This document shows, piece after piece, positions 56,203 through 64,000 of a DNA stretch of 64,000 nucleotides; position 1 is the first letter of the stretch; every line of letters begins with the position of its first letter. The DNA is from Chloroflexota bacterium. GTDB taxonomy: Bacteria > Chloroflexota > Limnocylindria > Limnocylindrales > CSP1-4. The stretch is from NCBI GenBank assembly GCA_021787395.1, contig JAJYLZ010000003.1:47279-111278 (forward strand), written 5' to 3'. The position numbers and the translations under genes are program-made. The notes below the pieces were generated by a model, which was not told the origin of the DNA, did no database searches, and saw only the letters and a program-made list of their open reading frames with translations.

Positions 56203-59200
56203 TCACGTACCGGGGGCGGACGGGGCCAGCGGCACCTCGGCGACCTGCCGCACCCCGAGCCCGGCCAGCGCCGCCGCGGCGGCGGCCTCGTCCTTCGGCG
56301 ACGGCGTCCGGCCCTCGCTGCGGTCGAGGCGGGCGATCGCCGTCATGGTCAGGGCCCGCTGGAGGAGGTCGTCCCGCTCACGAGCGGCCGCGAGGCTCCG
56401 CTCGAGCGCCGCCCGGGCCCCGACGGGATCGCCGGTCTGGGCGAGCGCGTAGCCGCGCACCCGCTCCAGCTGCGGGAGGATCGGCCCGACCTCGTCCGTG
56501 CCGCGGCCCAGGGCCAGGACTTCGTCCACGATCCCGAGCGCCCGCCGCCCGTCGCCCATCAGGACGCGGCACTCGGCCCGGCGCGCCTCGTTGAGCGCGA
56601 GCTCCGCGCTGGCGCCGACGTGGACCCACTCGGTGCGCGCGTCATCGAACATCAACAGCGCCTCGTCGAAGCGCCCGGTCCGGGCCAGGAGGAGGGCGAG
56701 CACGCTCAGCGACGGCCCGACGCCCCAGCGGAGCCCGGCCGACCGGGCGACGCGCAGCGCATCGCGGAGCAGCGCCTCCGCCTCCTCGTAGGCGCCCTGC
56801 TCGTTGCGCAGCTCGGCCATGTTGGCCGCGGCGACTGAAGCAAGCGCGTAGTTGCCGATCCGGAGCAGCAGCTCCCGGGACTGGTCCGCGTAGCCGAGGG
56901 CCTCGTCCCAGCTGCCCGCGTAGAAGGCCCCCATGCCCAGGTTGCTCAGGACCAGCGCCTGGCCCGCGAGGTCACCGAGGTCCCGGTAGATCTCGAGGGC
57001 GCGGGTCCACGCGTCGCCGGTCGCCTCGCCCCGCTGGAGGCGAGCCCAGTCGAGGGCGTTGTAGGCTCGGGCCACGGCCTCGGGGGCGACGGCCCTCTCC
57101 CCCTCCGCGATCGCCTGCTCGGCCCACGCGACCGCCTCGTTCGGCCGGCCCTCGGCCTGCAGGAGCGTCGCCGTCCAGGCGGCCTGGTCGGCGCGCTCCC
57201 GGGCCGCCTCGATGCCGTCCACCCCCTCGAGCGCCTGCCTCGCCCGGGTCGCCCAGCGCAGCGCCCCCGAGAACCTGCCGAGCTTCTCCTCGATCCGGGA
57301 CCGCTTCAGCAGCAGCCGGGCCCGGGCCAGCGCGTCGTCGCCCGTCAGCCTGCGCACGAGGTCGAGCGCATCGCCCGCGTCCCGGAAGTCGCCGGCCCAG
57401 TAGAGGGCGTCGGCGCGCGCCTCCGCCACGGCCGCCATCTCGGCGGCCGGCACGCTCCGGGATGCCCGCGCCGCCGCGAGGGCCCGCCCGTACAGGGTCG
57501 CCGCCTCGGTGTTCGCGAACACGCGGGCAGCCCGCTCGCCGGCGGCGCGCGCGTAGCGCCACGCCCGCGCGTGGTCGCCGCCCAGCGCGAAGTGGAGGCT
57601 CAGGAGGCCGGCGAGCTCGTCCGGCTCGGCCGCCTCGCGCTCCAGGCGCGAGCCGACGGCGGCGTGGAGCCGCTGGCGCAGCCGGAACGGCAGGCCGGCG
57701 TAGGCGGCGTCCCGGACGATCGCCTGCCGGAAGCGGAGGTAGCCGCCCGCCTCGGGCTCGAGGAGCTCGGCCAGGCGCTCCCAGGTGCCCTCGGTGGGCT
57801 GGGGCGTCGCCTCGTCGAGCACGTCCGGCAGGAGGCGGGGGTGGAACGCGAGGCCGAACACGGACACGCGCCGGACGAGCTGGCGGTCGCGCGGGGCCAG
57901 GGCGTCGATCCGGACGGTCGCCGCCGCCTCGACCGAGTCGGGGAGCGAGCCGTCGCCCACCCTGGCGGCGTGGATCAGGTCGAGCAGGAGCTGCGGGTTG
58001 CCGGCCGACCGCTCGATCGTCTCGACCAGGACCCGCTCCGGCAGCGGCGCCTCGTCGGTGGCGGCGGCGGCCAAGGCCCGAGCGGCCGGCGGGGTCAGCG
58101 GGGCCAGGTCGAGGGTCTGCACCCCGGGCGCCTCGGGCGGCGCCGAGCCCGCGCCCTCGGGTCGCCGCAGCGCCAGCACGAGCCACGGCCGATCGTCCCG
58201 GGCGTCGGCGGCAAGCGCCCGGAGGAGGTCGACGGACGCCTCGTCCATGAGGTGCGCGTTGTCGAATGCGAACAGCGTCGGGCGGTCCAGGAGCGCGCGG
58301 AGCAGGTCCGCGACCGCCTGGTGCAGCCGCGGGCGGCGGTACTCGGGGGCGAGGGCCGCGACCTCGGGGGTGGCCTCCGCCTCGGCGCCCGCGGCGGCCG
58401 CGAGCAGCGGCACCCACGGGAGGAGGTCGGGGTCGAGCGCCTCGACCAGCTCGGCGAGCCGCTCGGCGACCGCCGGCGCCGGGGCGTCCCGCTCGACGCC
58501 GACGGCCTCGCGCAAGGCGTCCCGCCACGCCGCGTACGGGGTCGTCGAGGTGAACGCCTCGCCGGTGGCGCCGAGGACCCTGAAGTCCGGTGCGCGCTTG
58601 AGCACCTCGTCGAGGAGCCGCGTCTTGCCGAGCCCAGCCTCGCCCTGCAGCACGATCGCCTGGCGCCGGCCGGACCGCGCCGCGTCGAGGGCGTCCGCCA
58701 GCAGCCGCAGCTCCGCGTCGCGGCCCGTGAGCGGGAGGTCCTGGGCCGCCGTCCGCCTCGGCCGCCCGATGCGCGGCCCGACGGCCCAGGCGTGGACCGG
58801 CCGGGCCTTGCCCTTGACCAGGAACGGCTCGAGCTCGGCGGTCTCGAAGCGCGTCGCCGAGCCCTCGAGGACCGCGGCCGTCGCGAGGACCTGGCCCGGG
58901 GCCGCCCTGGCCATCAGCCGCGCGGCGAGGTTGACCGGGTCGCCCATGACCGTGTACGTCCGCCGGTACGGCGGGCCCACGTCGCCCGAGAACACGGGGC
59001 CGCGGTTGACGCCGACGCGGACCGGCAGCCGGCGCTCGCCCTCGGCGATGCGGCGGAGCGCCAGCAGCATCCGCTCCTCGTCGTCCCCCAGCATCCGGGG
59101 CACACCGGCGGTCAGGATGAGCTTGCCGCCGTCGGCGTCCACGTCCGAGGCCAGGAAGCACACGCCGTGCTCGTCGGCGGCCGCCTGGACGTCGCGCACG

Positions 59201-59982
59201 ACCTCGTCGAGGGCGGCGGCCGCCGCCTCAGGCCCGTCGCGCTCGATGAGCCCGTCGGTGCCGTCGAAGTGGACGAACGCGACGGTCGCCGACCGGTGCT
59301 CGGGCTCGGGCCCGGCCCGGATCGGCTCGCGGAGCGCCAGGGGCAGGTACAGCTCGAGGTCGGGCAGGTGCGCCGGCAGCGCCGAATCCGTGCCGGAACC
59401 GCTCGGCCCGTGGGGCGCCGACCTGAGCAGCCAGCCCGGGCCCTTCGCCTTCCCGACCAGGCGGCTCGGCAGGTGCGACGCCGTCGTCGGGCTCAGCAGG
59501 ATCTCGCCCGCCGTCGCCGCGGACTCCATCCGGACGGTCCCGGTCGCCGCCGGGCCGGCCACGAGCAGCTCGCGGTGCGAGCCCCCGACGAGGAAGAACT
59601 GGAACCGGCCGCTGTTGACCCCGATCGACATCCGGAGCGTGACGGCGCCGGCGGTCGTGGCCAGCGCGCCGGTCGAGCGCAGGGCGGCGCGCATGCCGTG
59701 GGCGGCCCGGACGGCGCGGGTCGCATGGCCGCCCTCGGCGAACCACAGCAGCAGCGCGTCGCCGCCGAACTTGAGCAGCCCGGCGCCCTCGGCGTAGGCG
59801 ACCGCGAGGAGCCGGGCGAAGACGCCCCCGAGGACCTCGGTGACCTCCTCGGCGCCGATCCGGCCGTGGCGGGCGAGGCGCTCGGACATCTTGGTGAAGC
59901 CGGAGATGTCCACGAAGACGAGCGAGCCGTCCTCCTCGCGCACGAGGCGCTCAGGGGCCTCGGCCGCCCACCGGACCGCCAT
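56203..59982 (-). CDS. class III adenylate/guanylate cyclase (two cyclase-homology domains) fused to an AAA ATPase and TPR repeats
   Basis: Two CHD domains (LVFVDISGFTKMSE... and ATVAFVHFDGTDGL...TVMGDPVNLAARL). Walker A GEAGLGKTRLL. C-terminal TPR-like helical repeats with no HTH. ATG at 59982. The alternative start is 60144. Confidence 0.85.
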   Translation of the reverse strand: MAVRWAAEAPERLVREEDGSLVFVDISGFTKMSERLARHGRIGAEEVTEVLGGVFARLLAVAYAEGAGLLKFGGDALLLWFAEGGHATRAVRAAHGMRAALRSTGALATTAGAVTLRMSIGVNSGRFQFFLVGGSHRELLVAGPAATGTVRMESAATAGEILLSPTTASHLPSRLVGKAKGPGWLLRSAPHGPSGSGTDSALPAHLPDLELYLPLALREPIRAGPEPEHRSATVAFVHFDGTDGLIERDGPEAAAAALDEVVRDVQAAADEHGVCFLASDVDADGGKLILTAGVPRMLGDDEERMLLALRRIAEGERRLPVRVGVNRGPVFSGDVGPPYRRTYTVMGDPVNLAARLMARAAPGQVLATAAVLEGSATRFETAELEPFLVKGKARPVHAWAVGPRIGRPRRTAAQDLPLTGRDAELRLLADALDAARSGRRQAIVLQGEAGLGKTRLLDEVLKRAPDFRVLGATGEAFTSTTPYAAWRDALREAVGVERDAPAPAVAERLAELVEALDPDLLPWVPLLAAAAGAEAEATPEVAALAPEYRRPRLHQAVADLLRALLDRPTLFAFDNAHLMDEASVDLLRALAADARDDRPWLVLALRRPEGAGSAPPEAPGVQTLDLAPLTPPAARALAAAATDEAPLPERVLVETIERSAGNPQLLLDLIHAARVGDGSLPDSVEAAATVRIDALAPRDRQLVRRVSVFGLAFHPRLLPDVLDEATPQPTEGTWERLAELLEPEAGGYLRFRQAIVRDAAYAGLPFRLRQRLHAAVGSRLEREAAEPDELAGLLSLHFALGGDHARAWRYARAAGERAARVFANTEAATLYGRALAAARASRSVPAAEMAAVAEARADALYWAGDFRDAGDALDLVRRLTGDDALARARLLLKRSRIEEKLGRFSGALRWATRARQALEGVDGIEAARERADQAAWTATLLQAEGRPNEAVAWAEQAIAEGERAVAPEAVARAYNALDWARLQRGEATGDAWTRALEIYRDLGDLAGQALVLSNLGMGAFYAGSWDEALGYADQSRELLLRIGNYALASVAAANMAELRNEQGAYEEAEALLRDALRVARSAGLRWGVGPSLSVLALLLARTGRFDEALLMFDDARTEWVHVGASAELALNEARRAECRVLMGDGRRALGIVDEVLALGRGTDEVGPILPQLERVRGYALAQTGDPVGARAALERSLAAARERDDLLQRALTMTAIARLDRSEGRTPSPKDEAAAAAALAGLGVRQVAEVPLAPSAPGT

Positions 59983-60222
59983 CCGCGGCAGGTACGGGAT
60001 CAGCCCGCTTCCCCTCGACGCGGGGGAGCCCACCGGGGGCACCAGCTGCTCGTCCACCCGCGGATCATAACGACAGGTTCGGATCGGGCGATGGAGCGAC
60101 GGCTTCCGCCGCGAGGCGACGTGCAGCACAATCCGTGCAGCCACCGCGCCCGGCCCGTATCCTGCGGCCCGAGGTCTGAGCGGTAGGTGGCTGGCGTCCC
60201 GGCCAGCTGTTGGAGGGTCGGC

Positions 60223-62043
60223 ATGGCGAGCAGCGTCCCCGGAGCAAGGCCAGGCCCGTTCGCCGTCCTACGCCGACGAAACTTCGCCCTCCTGTGGACC
60301 GGCCAGCTGGTCTCGACGATCGGGAGCGCCCTGACGTCGATCGCGGCAGGGATCCTCGTCTACCGGCTGACCGGCTCGGCCCTCTCGGTTGCCCTCACGC
60401 TGATGGCCACGGTGATCCCGAACCTTCTCATCGGCCTGATCGCCGGCGTCTATGTCGACCGCGTGGACCGCAAGCGGATCCTCATGGTCTCGGATCTGCT
60501 CCGGGGCCTGCTGGTCCTCCTCGTCCCGGTCCTGGTCGCCCTGCACATCGCGTGGCTCTATGTCGTCATCCTGCTCGCGAGCGCCATAACGACGTTCTTC
60601 GACCCGGCCTTCGAGGCCATCCTGCCCGAGCTCGCGCCGGACGAGGAGCTCGGCGCCGCGAATGCGCTCATGTCCATCAGCTCGTTCGGGTCCAATGCCA
60701 TCGGGTTCGCGGCGGCCGGCCTCATCTCCTCGACGATCGGCATCGACTGGGCGTTCCGCATCGACGCGGCGACGTTCGTCTTCTCGGCCGGGTGCGTCTT
60801 CCTGGCGCGTCTCCCCGTGACGGCGATGCCCGACCTCGCGTCGAGCGTCTCGTCCGTGTCGTCGAACCTGCGAACGGGCCTCCGCTACCTCTTCCACACG
60901 CCGATCCTCCGCTCGCTGGTCGTCGCCATGGCGATCTACGCCCTGGGGGTCGGGATCTGGAACTCGCTCCTGCTGCCGTTCTCGGAGCGCGCGCTGCACG
61001 CCACCGAGTTCGAGTACAGCCTGCAGGAAGGGCTGACCTCGGTCGGCTTCGTCGCCGCCAGCCTCCTCATGGCGAACTACGTCGATCGGCTTCGGGAGGG
61101 CCAGTGGCTGGCCCTCTCGTTCCTGGCCATGGGCGCGACCGGGATCCTGTACGCGAGCACCTCGTCCGTTCCCTTCGCGATCCTGCTGGTCATGATCTCG
61201 GGGTTCGCCAACGCTCCGGGGAACGTCGGCAAGCGCCTGATCATCCAGCGCCACACCCCGCGTGATCTCCGGGGGCGGGTCAACAGCGCCTACTTCGTCC
61301 AGCGCGACATCGTCTTCCTCGCCGGCATGGGCCTGGCGGGCCTGGCCGACATCGTCGATGTGCGCTACCTGGTGATGATGAGTGCGGTGCTGCTGGTCGG
61401 CGCGGGCCTGTTCGCGCTGGTCCTCCCGGGACTCGGTCAGCCCGCGGCCGCGTGGCGCCGCTCGGTGGCGATGCTCCGCGCCGCGCCGGCGACGGGCGGC
61501 CTGACGGTTGGCCGCATGCCGACCCTGGAGGACCTCGACCGCATGTTCGGGCACCTCCCGGCCCTCCAGGGCCTCGGCGACCGCGACCGGGGCGCGCTGC
61601 TCGACCGCTCGCTGGTCCGCGAGGCGGCCCCGGGCGTCCGGATCGTGTCCCACGGCGAGACGAGCCGCGCCGCCTACTTCATCCTCGACGGCCAGGTCCT
61701 CGTCGGGCACCCGCGCGACGACGGCTCGTACCGGAACCTCGCCACCCTCGTCACCGGCGACTACTTCGGCGAGGTGGCCGCGATCACGGGACGCCCGCGG
61801 ACGGCCGACGTGGTGGCGACCGAGCCGACGACGGTGCTGGAGGTCCCCGCCGAGGTCCTCCGCGGCCTGATGGCGAACGAGGCCGTCAGCCACATCATCC
61901 TGGCGACGATGAGCCGTCGCCTCACGGAGCGCTATGCGGTCGACCTGCCCCGCCTCGCCGGGCTGGGCCAGGAGGACCTGCTCGACCTCCGCACGCCGCG
62001 CGCCGAGGGCGCAGCGCCCGTCCTCCAGGGCGACGCCACGTGA
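60223..62043 (+). CDS. MFS transporter with a C-terminal cyclic-nucleotide-binding (CAP-type) domain
   Basis: GGAGGG RBS 5 nt upstream of the ATG at 60223. 12 TM segments. C-terminal cNMP motif YFILDGQV...GDYFGEVAAITGRPRTADVVATEPTTVLEV. Confidence 0.8.
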   Translation: MASSVPGARPGPFAVLRRRNFALLWTGQLVSTIGSALTSIAAGILVYRLTGSALSVALTLMATVIPNLLIGLIAGVYVDRVDRKRILMVSDLLRGLLVLLVPVLVALHIAWLYVVILLASAITTFFDPAFEAILPELAPDEELGAANALMSISSFGSNAIGFAAAGLISSTIGIDWAFRIDAATFVFSAGCVFLARLPVTAMPDLASSVSSVSSNLRTGLRYLFHTPILRSLVVAMAIYALGVGIWNSLLLPFSERALHATEFEYSLQEGLTSVGFVAASLLMANYVDRLREGQWLALSFLAMGATGILYASTSSVPFAILLVMISGFANAPGNVGKRLIIQRHTPRDLRGRVNSAYFVQRDIVFLAGMGLAGLADIVDVRYLVMMSAVLLVGAGLFALVLPGLGQPAAAWRRSVAMLRAAPATGGLTVGRMPTLEDLDRMFGHLPALQGLGDRDRGALLDRSLVREAAPGVRIVSHGETSRAAYFILDGQVLVGHPRDDGSYRNLATLVTGDYFGEVAAITGRPRTADVVATEPTTVLEVPAEVLRGLMANEAVSHIILATMSRRLTERYAVDLPRLAGLGQEDLLDLRTPRAEGAAPVLQGDAT

Positions 62044-62927
62044 GGCCTGGCTCGAGCGGGGCGGTCGCAGACGGCAGCCTCGAGGTCATCGTCCTCGGCG
62101 CGGCGCCGTCGGCCCCCCAGCCCGACGGGCAGGGCTCCGGGCTGCTGGTCCGCTCGCGCGGGACGAGCCTGCTCCTCGACATCGGGGTAGGAGTCGTGCC
62201 GCAGCTCGGGCGGATCATGGACCCGTATGCGCTGTCCGCCATCCTGGTGACCCACTTCCACGCGGACCACTACCTCGACCTCGTCTCGTACCGGTACGGC
62301 CTGCCGTGGATCGGCGTCACCGGGGAGCGCGTCCCGGTCCTGCTCCCCCCCGGCGGGCGCCAGCAGCTCGAGGGCCTCGCCGCGGCCATCTGCGAGGGCG
62401 CCGACTTCTTCTCGCGGGCGCTCGACCTCTGCGAGTACGACCCGGCGGCCTCCGTCGAGGTCGGCGACCTGGCGGTCTCGTTCGTGCCGTCGCAGCACTA
62501 CGTGGACGCGTGGGGGGTCGTGGTCGCGGGCCCGGGCGGGCACCCGCGGGTCGTCGTCTCGAGCGACACCGGGCCGAACCCGGCGCTCGTGGAGGCTTCC
62601 CGCGACGCGGACCTCCTGGTCGCCGAGGCGACGCTCGAGCATGCCGCCGAGGACGTGCAGCCGCGCGGCCACCTGACGGCCGACGAGGCCGTGGCGATCG
62701 GACGGGAGGCTGGCGCCCGCCGCGTGCTCCTCACCCACCTGCCCACGGCTCGCCGCCCGGCGCTCCGAGCGGCCTATACCGGGATCCGGCCGCGGGTCAC
62801 CGTGGCGCGGCCGGGCCTCAGGATCACGCTGACCGCCCGGTCCCCGCATCCCGCCGCAAGCGCGGGGCGGGCGGTGAGGCCGGCGCTCCCGGACGACGGT
62901 GGGGCCGCCTCCGGCGAGCGGCCGTGA
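62040..62927 (+). CDS. MBL-fold metallo-hydrolase
   Basis: GTG overlaps the upstream TGA. Motif LVTHFHADHYLDL (HxHxDH). Confidence 0.7.
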   Translation: MRPGSSGAVADGSLEVIVLGAAPSAPQPDGQGSGLLVRSRGTSLLLDIGVGVVPQLGRIMDPYALSAILVTHFHADHYLDLVSYRYGLPWIGVTGERVPVLLPPGGRQQLEGLAAAICEGADFFSRALDLCEYDPAASVEVGDLAVSFVPSQHYVDAWGVVVAGPGGHPRVVVSSDTGPNPALVEASRDADLLVAEATLEHAAEDVQPRGHLTADEAVAIGREAGARRVLLTHLPTARRPALRAAYTGIRPRVTVARPGLRITLTARSPHPAASAGRAVRPALPDDGGAASGERP

Positions 62928-64000
62928 TCGAGGGGCCGGAGGGGCCGGCAGGCGGGGGCGATCGCCCCGCGGGTGTACGAGGCGCGGGCGGCCCGGCATC
63001 GGAGGACCACAGGCAGAGTCTCCGGGCCGCCGCCCTGCTGCTGTTCGGCGACGGCGGGGTCGCGGCGTCGATCGCGCGGCTCGCGACCGTCGCCGGGGTC
63101 CCGGCGGGCGCGACCGTGTTCCGCCAGGGCAGCCCGGCCGACTCCGCGTACCTCGTCCTGAGCGGGCGCCTCCGCGTGGTCCGCCACGACGACGGCGCGG
63201 ACGAGGTCCTCGCGGACGTCGTGCGCGGGGAGATCGTGGGCGAGCTGGCGCTGCTCACCGGTGAGGATCGCTCGGCCACCGTGTACGCGGTGCGCGACAC
63301 GGTGGTCGCCCGCATCGGCGCGAGCGACTTCGACGCGCTCCTGCGGTCGAACCCCGAGGCAGCGCTGCCGATCATGCGGTTCCTCGCCGGCCGCCTGCGG
63401 CGCTTCACCGTGCAGCGGGGGACTGCGGCCGACACGGACAGCACCGTGGCGGTGTTCGCGCTCGGCGCGGTCGACGCCGTGGCCTACGCGCGGGAGCTGG
63501 CCGAGGCGATCGGCGTCCGCGTCCCGGTGGAGACCGTCCTCCCCGGGCAGGCCCGCGGCGCCGACCTCGCTGCCGCCTTCGAGCACCGCGGACCGACGGG
63601 GCGCGTGCTCGTTTGCCCCGGCGAGCCCGGGTGGACGCCGTGGAACGACGCGGCGCTCCGCCACGCCGATGAGGTGCTGCTGCTGGCCGATGCGGACGAG
63701 GATCCGGGACCGGGAGCCGTCGACGCCGCCGTGTTCTCGCCCCGCGAGCACAGTGGACCGCGGGTGACGCTGGTCGTCCGCCACCCGGACGGCCGGAGCC
63801 CGAGCGGGACCGTGCGCTGGCTCGCACCGCGCCCGGGCGTTGACCATCTCCACGTCCGCGCCGGCAGCGGCGCCGATGTCGCCCGCGTGGGGCGGTGGGT
63901 GACCGGCCGGAGCGTCGGTCTGGTGCTCGGCGGCGGCGGGGCGAGGGGCTGGGCGCATCTGGGAGCGCTCCGGGCGATCGAGGAGCTGGGCATCCCCATC
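62924..64000 (+). CDS. cyclic-nucleotide-binding domain plus patatin-like phospholipase, 3' partial
   Basis: Frame 2 is open from the GTG at 62924 (overlapping the upstream TGA) to the window end. It is not in the ORF track because it has no stop. cNMP-binding segment VFRQGSPADSAYLVLSGRLRVV...GEIVGELALLTGEDRSATVYAV. Patatin oxyanion motif LVLGGGGARGWAHLGALRAIEELGIP at the end. Confidence 0.7.
   Translation, partial: MIEGPEGPAGGGDRPAGVRGAGGPASEDHRQSLRAAALLLFGDGGVAASIARLATVAGVPAGATVFRQGSPADSAYLVLSGRLRVVRHDDGADEVLADVVRGEIVGELALLTGEDRSATVYAVRDTVVARIGASDFDALLRSNPEAALPIMRFLAGRLRRFTVQRGTAADTDSTVAVFALGAVDAVAYARELAEAIGVRVPVETVLPGQARGADLAAAFEHRGPTGRVLVCPGEPGWTPWNDAALRHADEVLLLADADEDPGPGAVDAAVFSPREHSGPRVTLVVRHPDGRSPSGTVRWLAPRPGVDHLHVRAGSGADVARVGRWVTGRSVGLVLGGGGARGWAHLGALRAIEELGIPI

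Noticed and set aside
56972-60186. 729-aa minus-strand and 871-aa plus-strand alternative-frame ORFs inside the adenylate cyclase locus
   Set aside because: The cyclase/AAA/TPR frame (56203..59982) has coherent domain signatures. The alternatives are low-complexity.
56203-64000. reading the cyclase plus cNMP effectors as a Pycsar/CBASS-type defence system
   Set aside because: Pycsar and CBASS cyclases are small dedicated enzymes. This cyclase is a roughly 1260-aa regulatory adenylate-cyclase/ATPase/TPR protein of the kind common in actinobacterial cAMP signalling, and the effectors match housekeeping Rv3239c-type architectures. The idea is kept only as a speculative note.

Overview
This is a very high-GC (roughly 70%+) window that looks actinobacterial. 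It is densely coded, and adjacent genes often overlap by GTGA/ATGA at the stop/start junction. Many ORFs in the six-frame track are Arg/Gly-rich artefacts of the GC content, so I kept only frames with recognisable protein-family signatures or signal/lipobox features.

What the window contains, in order:
- 1 to 8.6 kb: two tandem CrtI-family FAD oxidoreductases, a LigT-like 2H phosphoesterase, and a roughly 980-aa fusion of an APH-type kinase, a degenerate M23 peptidase domain and a class-III aminotransferase fold.
- 8.7 to 15.4 kb: an envelope/secretome block with a NodB-type polysaccharide deacetylase, a GcvT-like aminomethyltransferase, two lipoproteins, and a three-gene translationally coupled operon of secreted proteins. 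One of these carries a variant metzincin-like motif, DEFGHVAGLDHH.
- 16 to 26.5 kb, minus strand: a methionine-salvage/SAM-cycle cluster of MFS, apt, mtnA, GNAT, ahcY, S9 peptidase, metK and a ManC-like gene.
- 27 to 31.5 kb: accessory enzymes, namely an F420/LLM oxidoreductase, a DUF4440-like gene, a frameshifted MOSC gene, a DUF1801 gene, and a GNAT-methyltransferase fusion.
- 31.6 to 37.8 kb: mfd with an N-terminal extension coupled to pth, then an SPFH/flotillin-like gene.
- 38.3 to 43.4 kb: a roughly 1680-aa alpha-2-macroglobulin-family lipoprotein with no CxEQ thioester motif.
- 43.4 to 50.1 kb: ybeY, def, an S53-like secreted peptidase with Big_2 repeats, a 7TM-HD (PgpH-like) gene, a GatB/YqeY gene and rpsU.
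- 50.3 to 56.1 kb: a prolyl-aminopeptidase-like hydrolase, a large AAA-LuxR regulator, and small secreted proteins.
- 56.2 to 64.0 kb: a cAMP-signalling module. A roughly 1260-aa class-III adenylate cyclase with AAA and TPR regions is divergent from an operon of an MFS transporter fused to a cNMP-binding domain, an MBL-fold hydrolase, and a cNMP-binding patatin-like phospholipase (3' partial).

Also noted: a family of GC-rich palindromic repeats (CACCGCC..GGCGGTG core) at 36.4 kb and 44.7 kb, an 8-nt microsatellite, and several strong convergent-gene hairpins.

I could not recognise any tRNA, rRNA or CRISPR array by eye.
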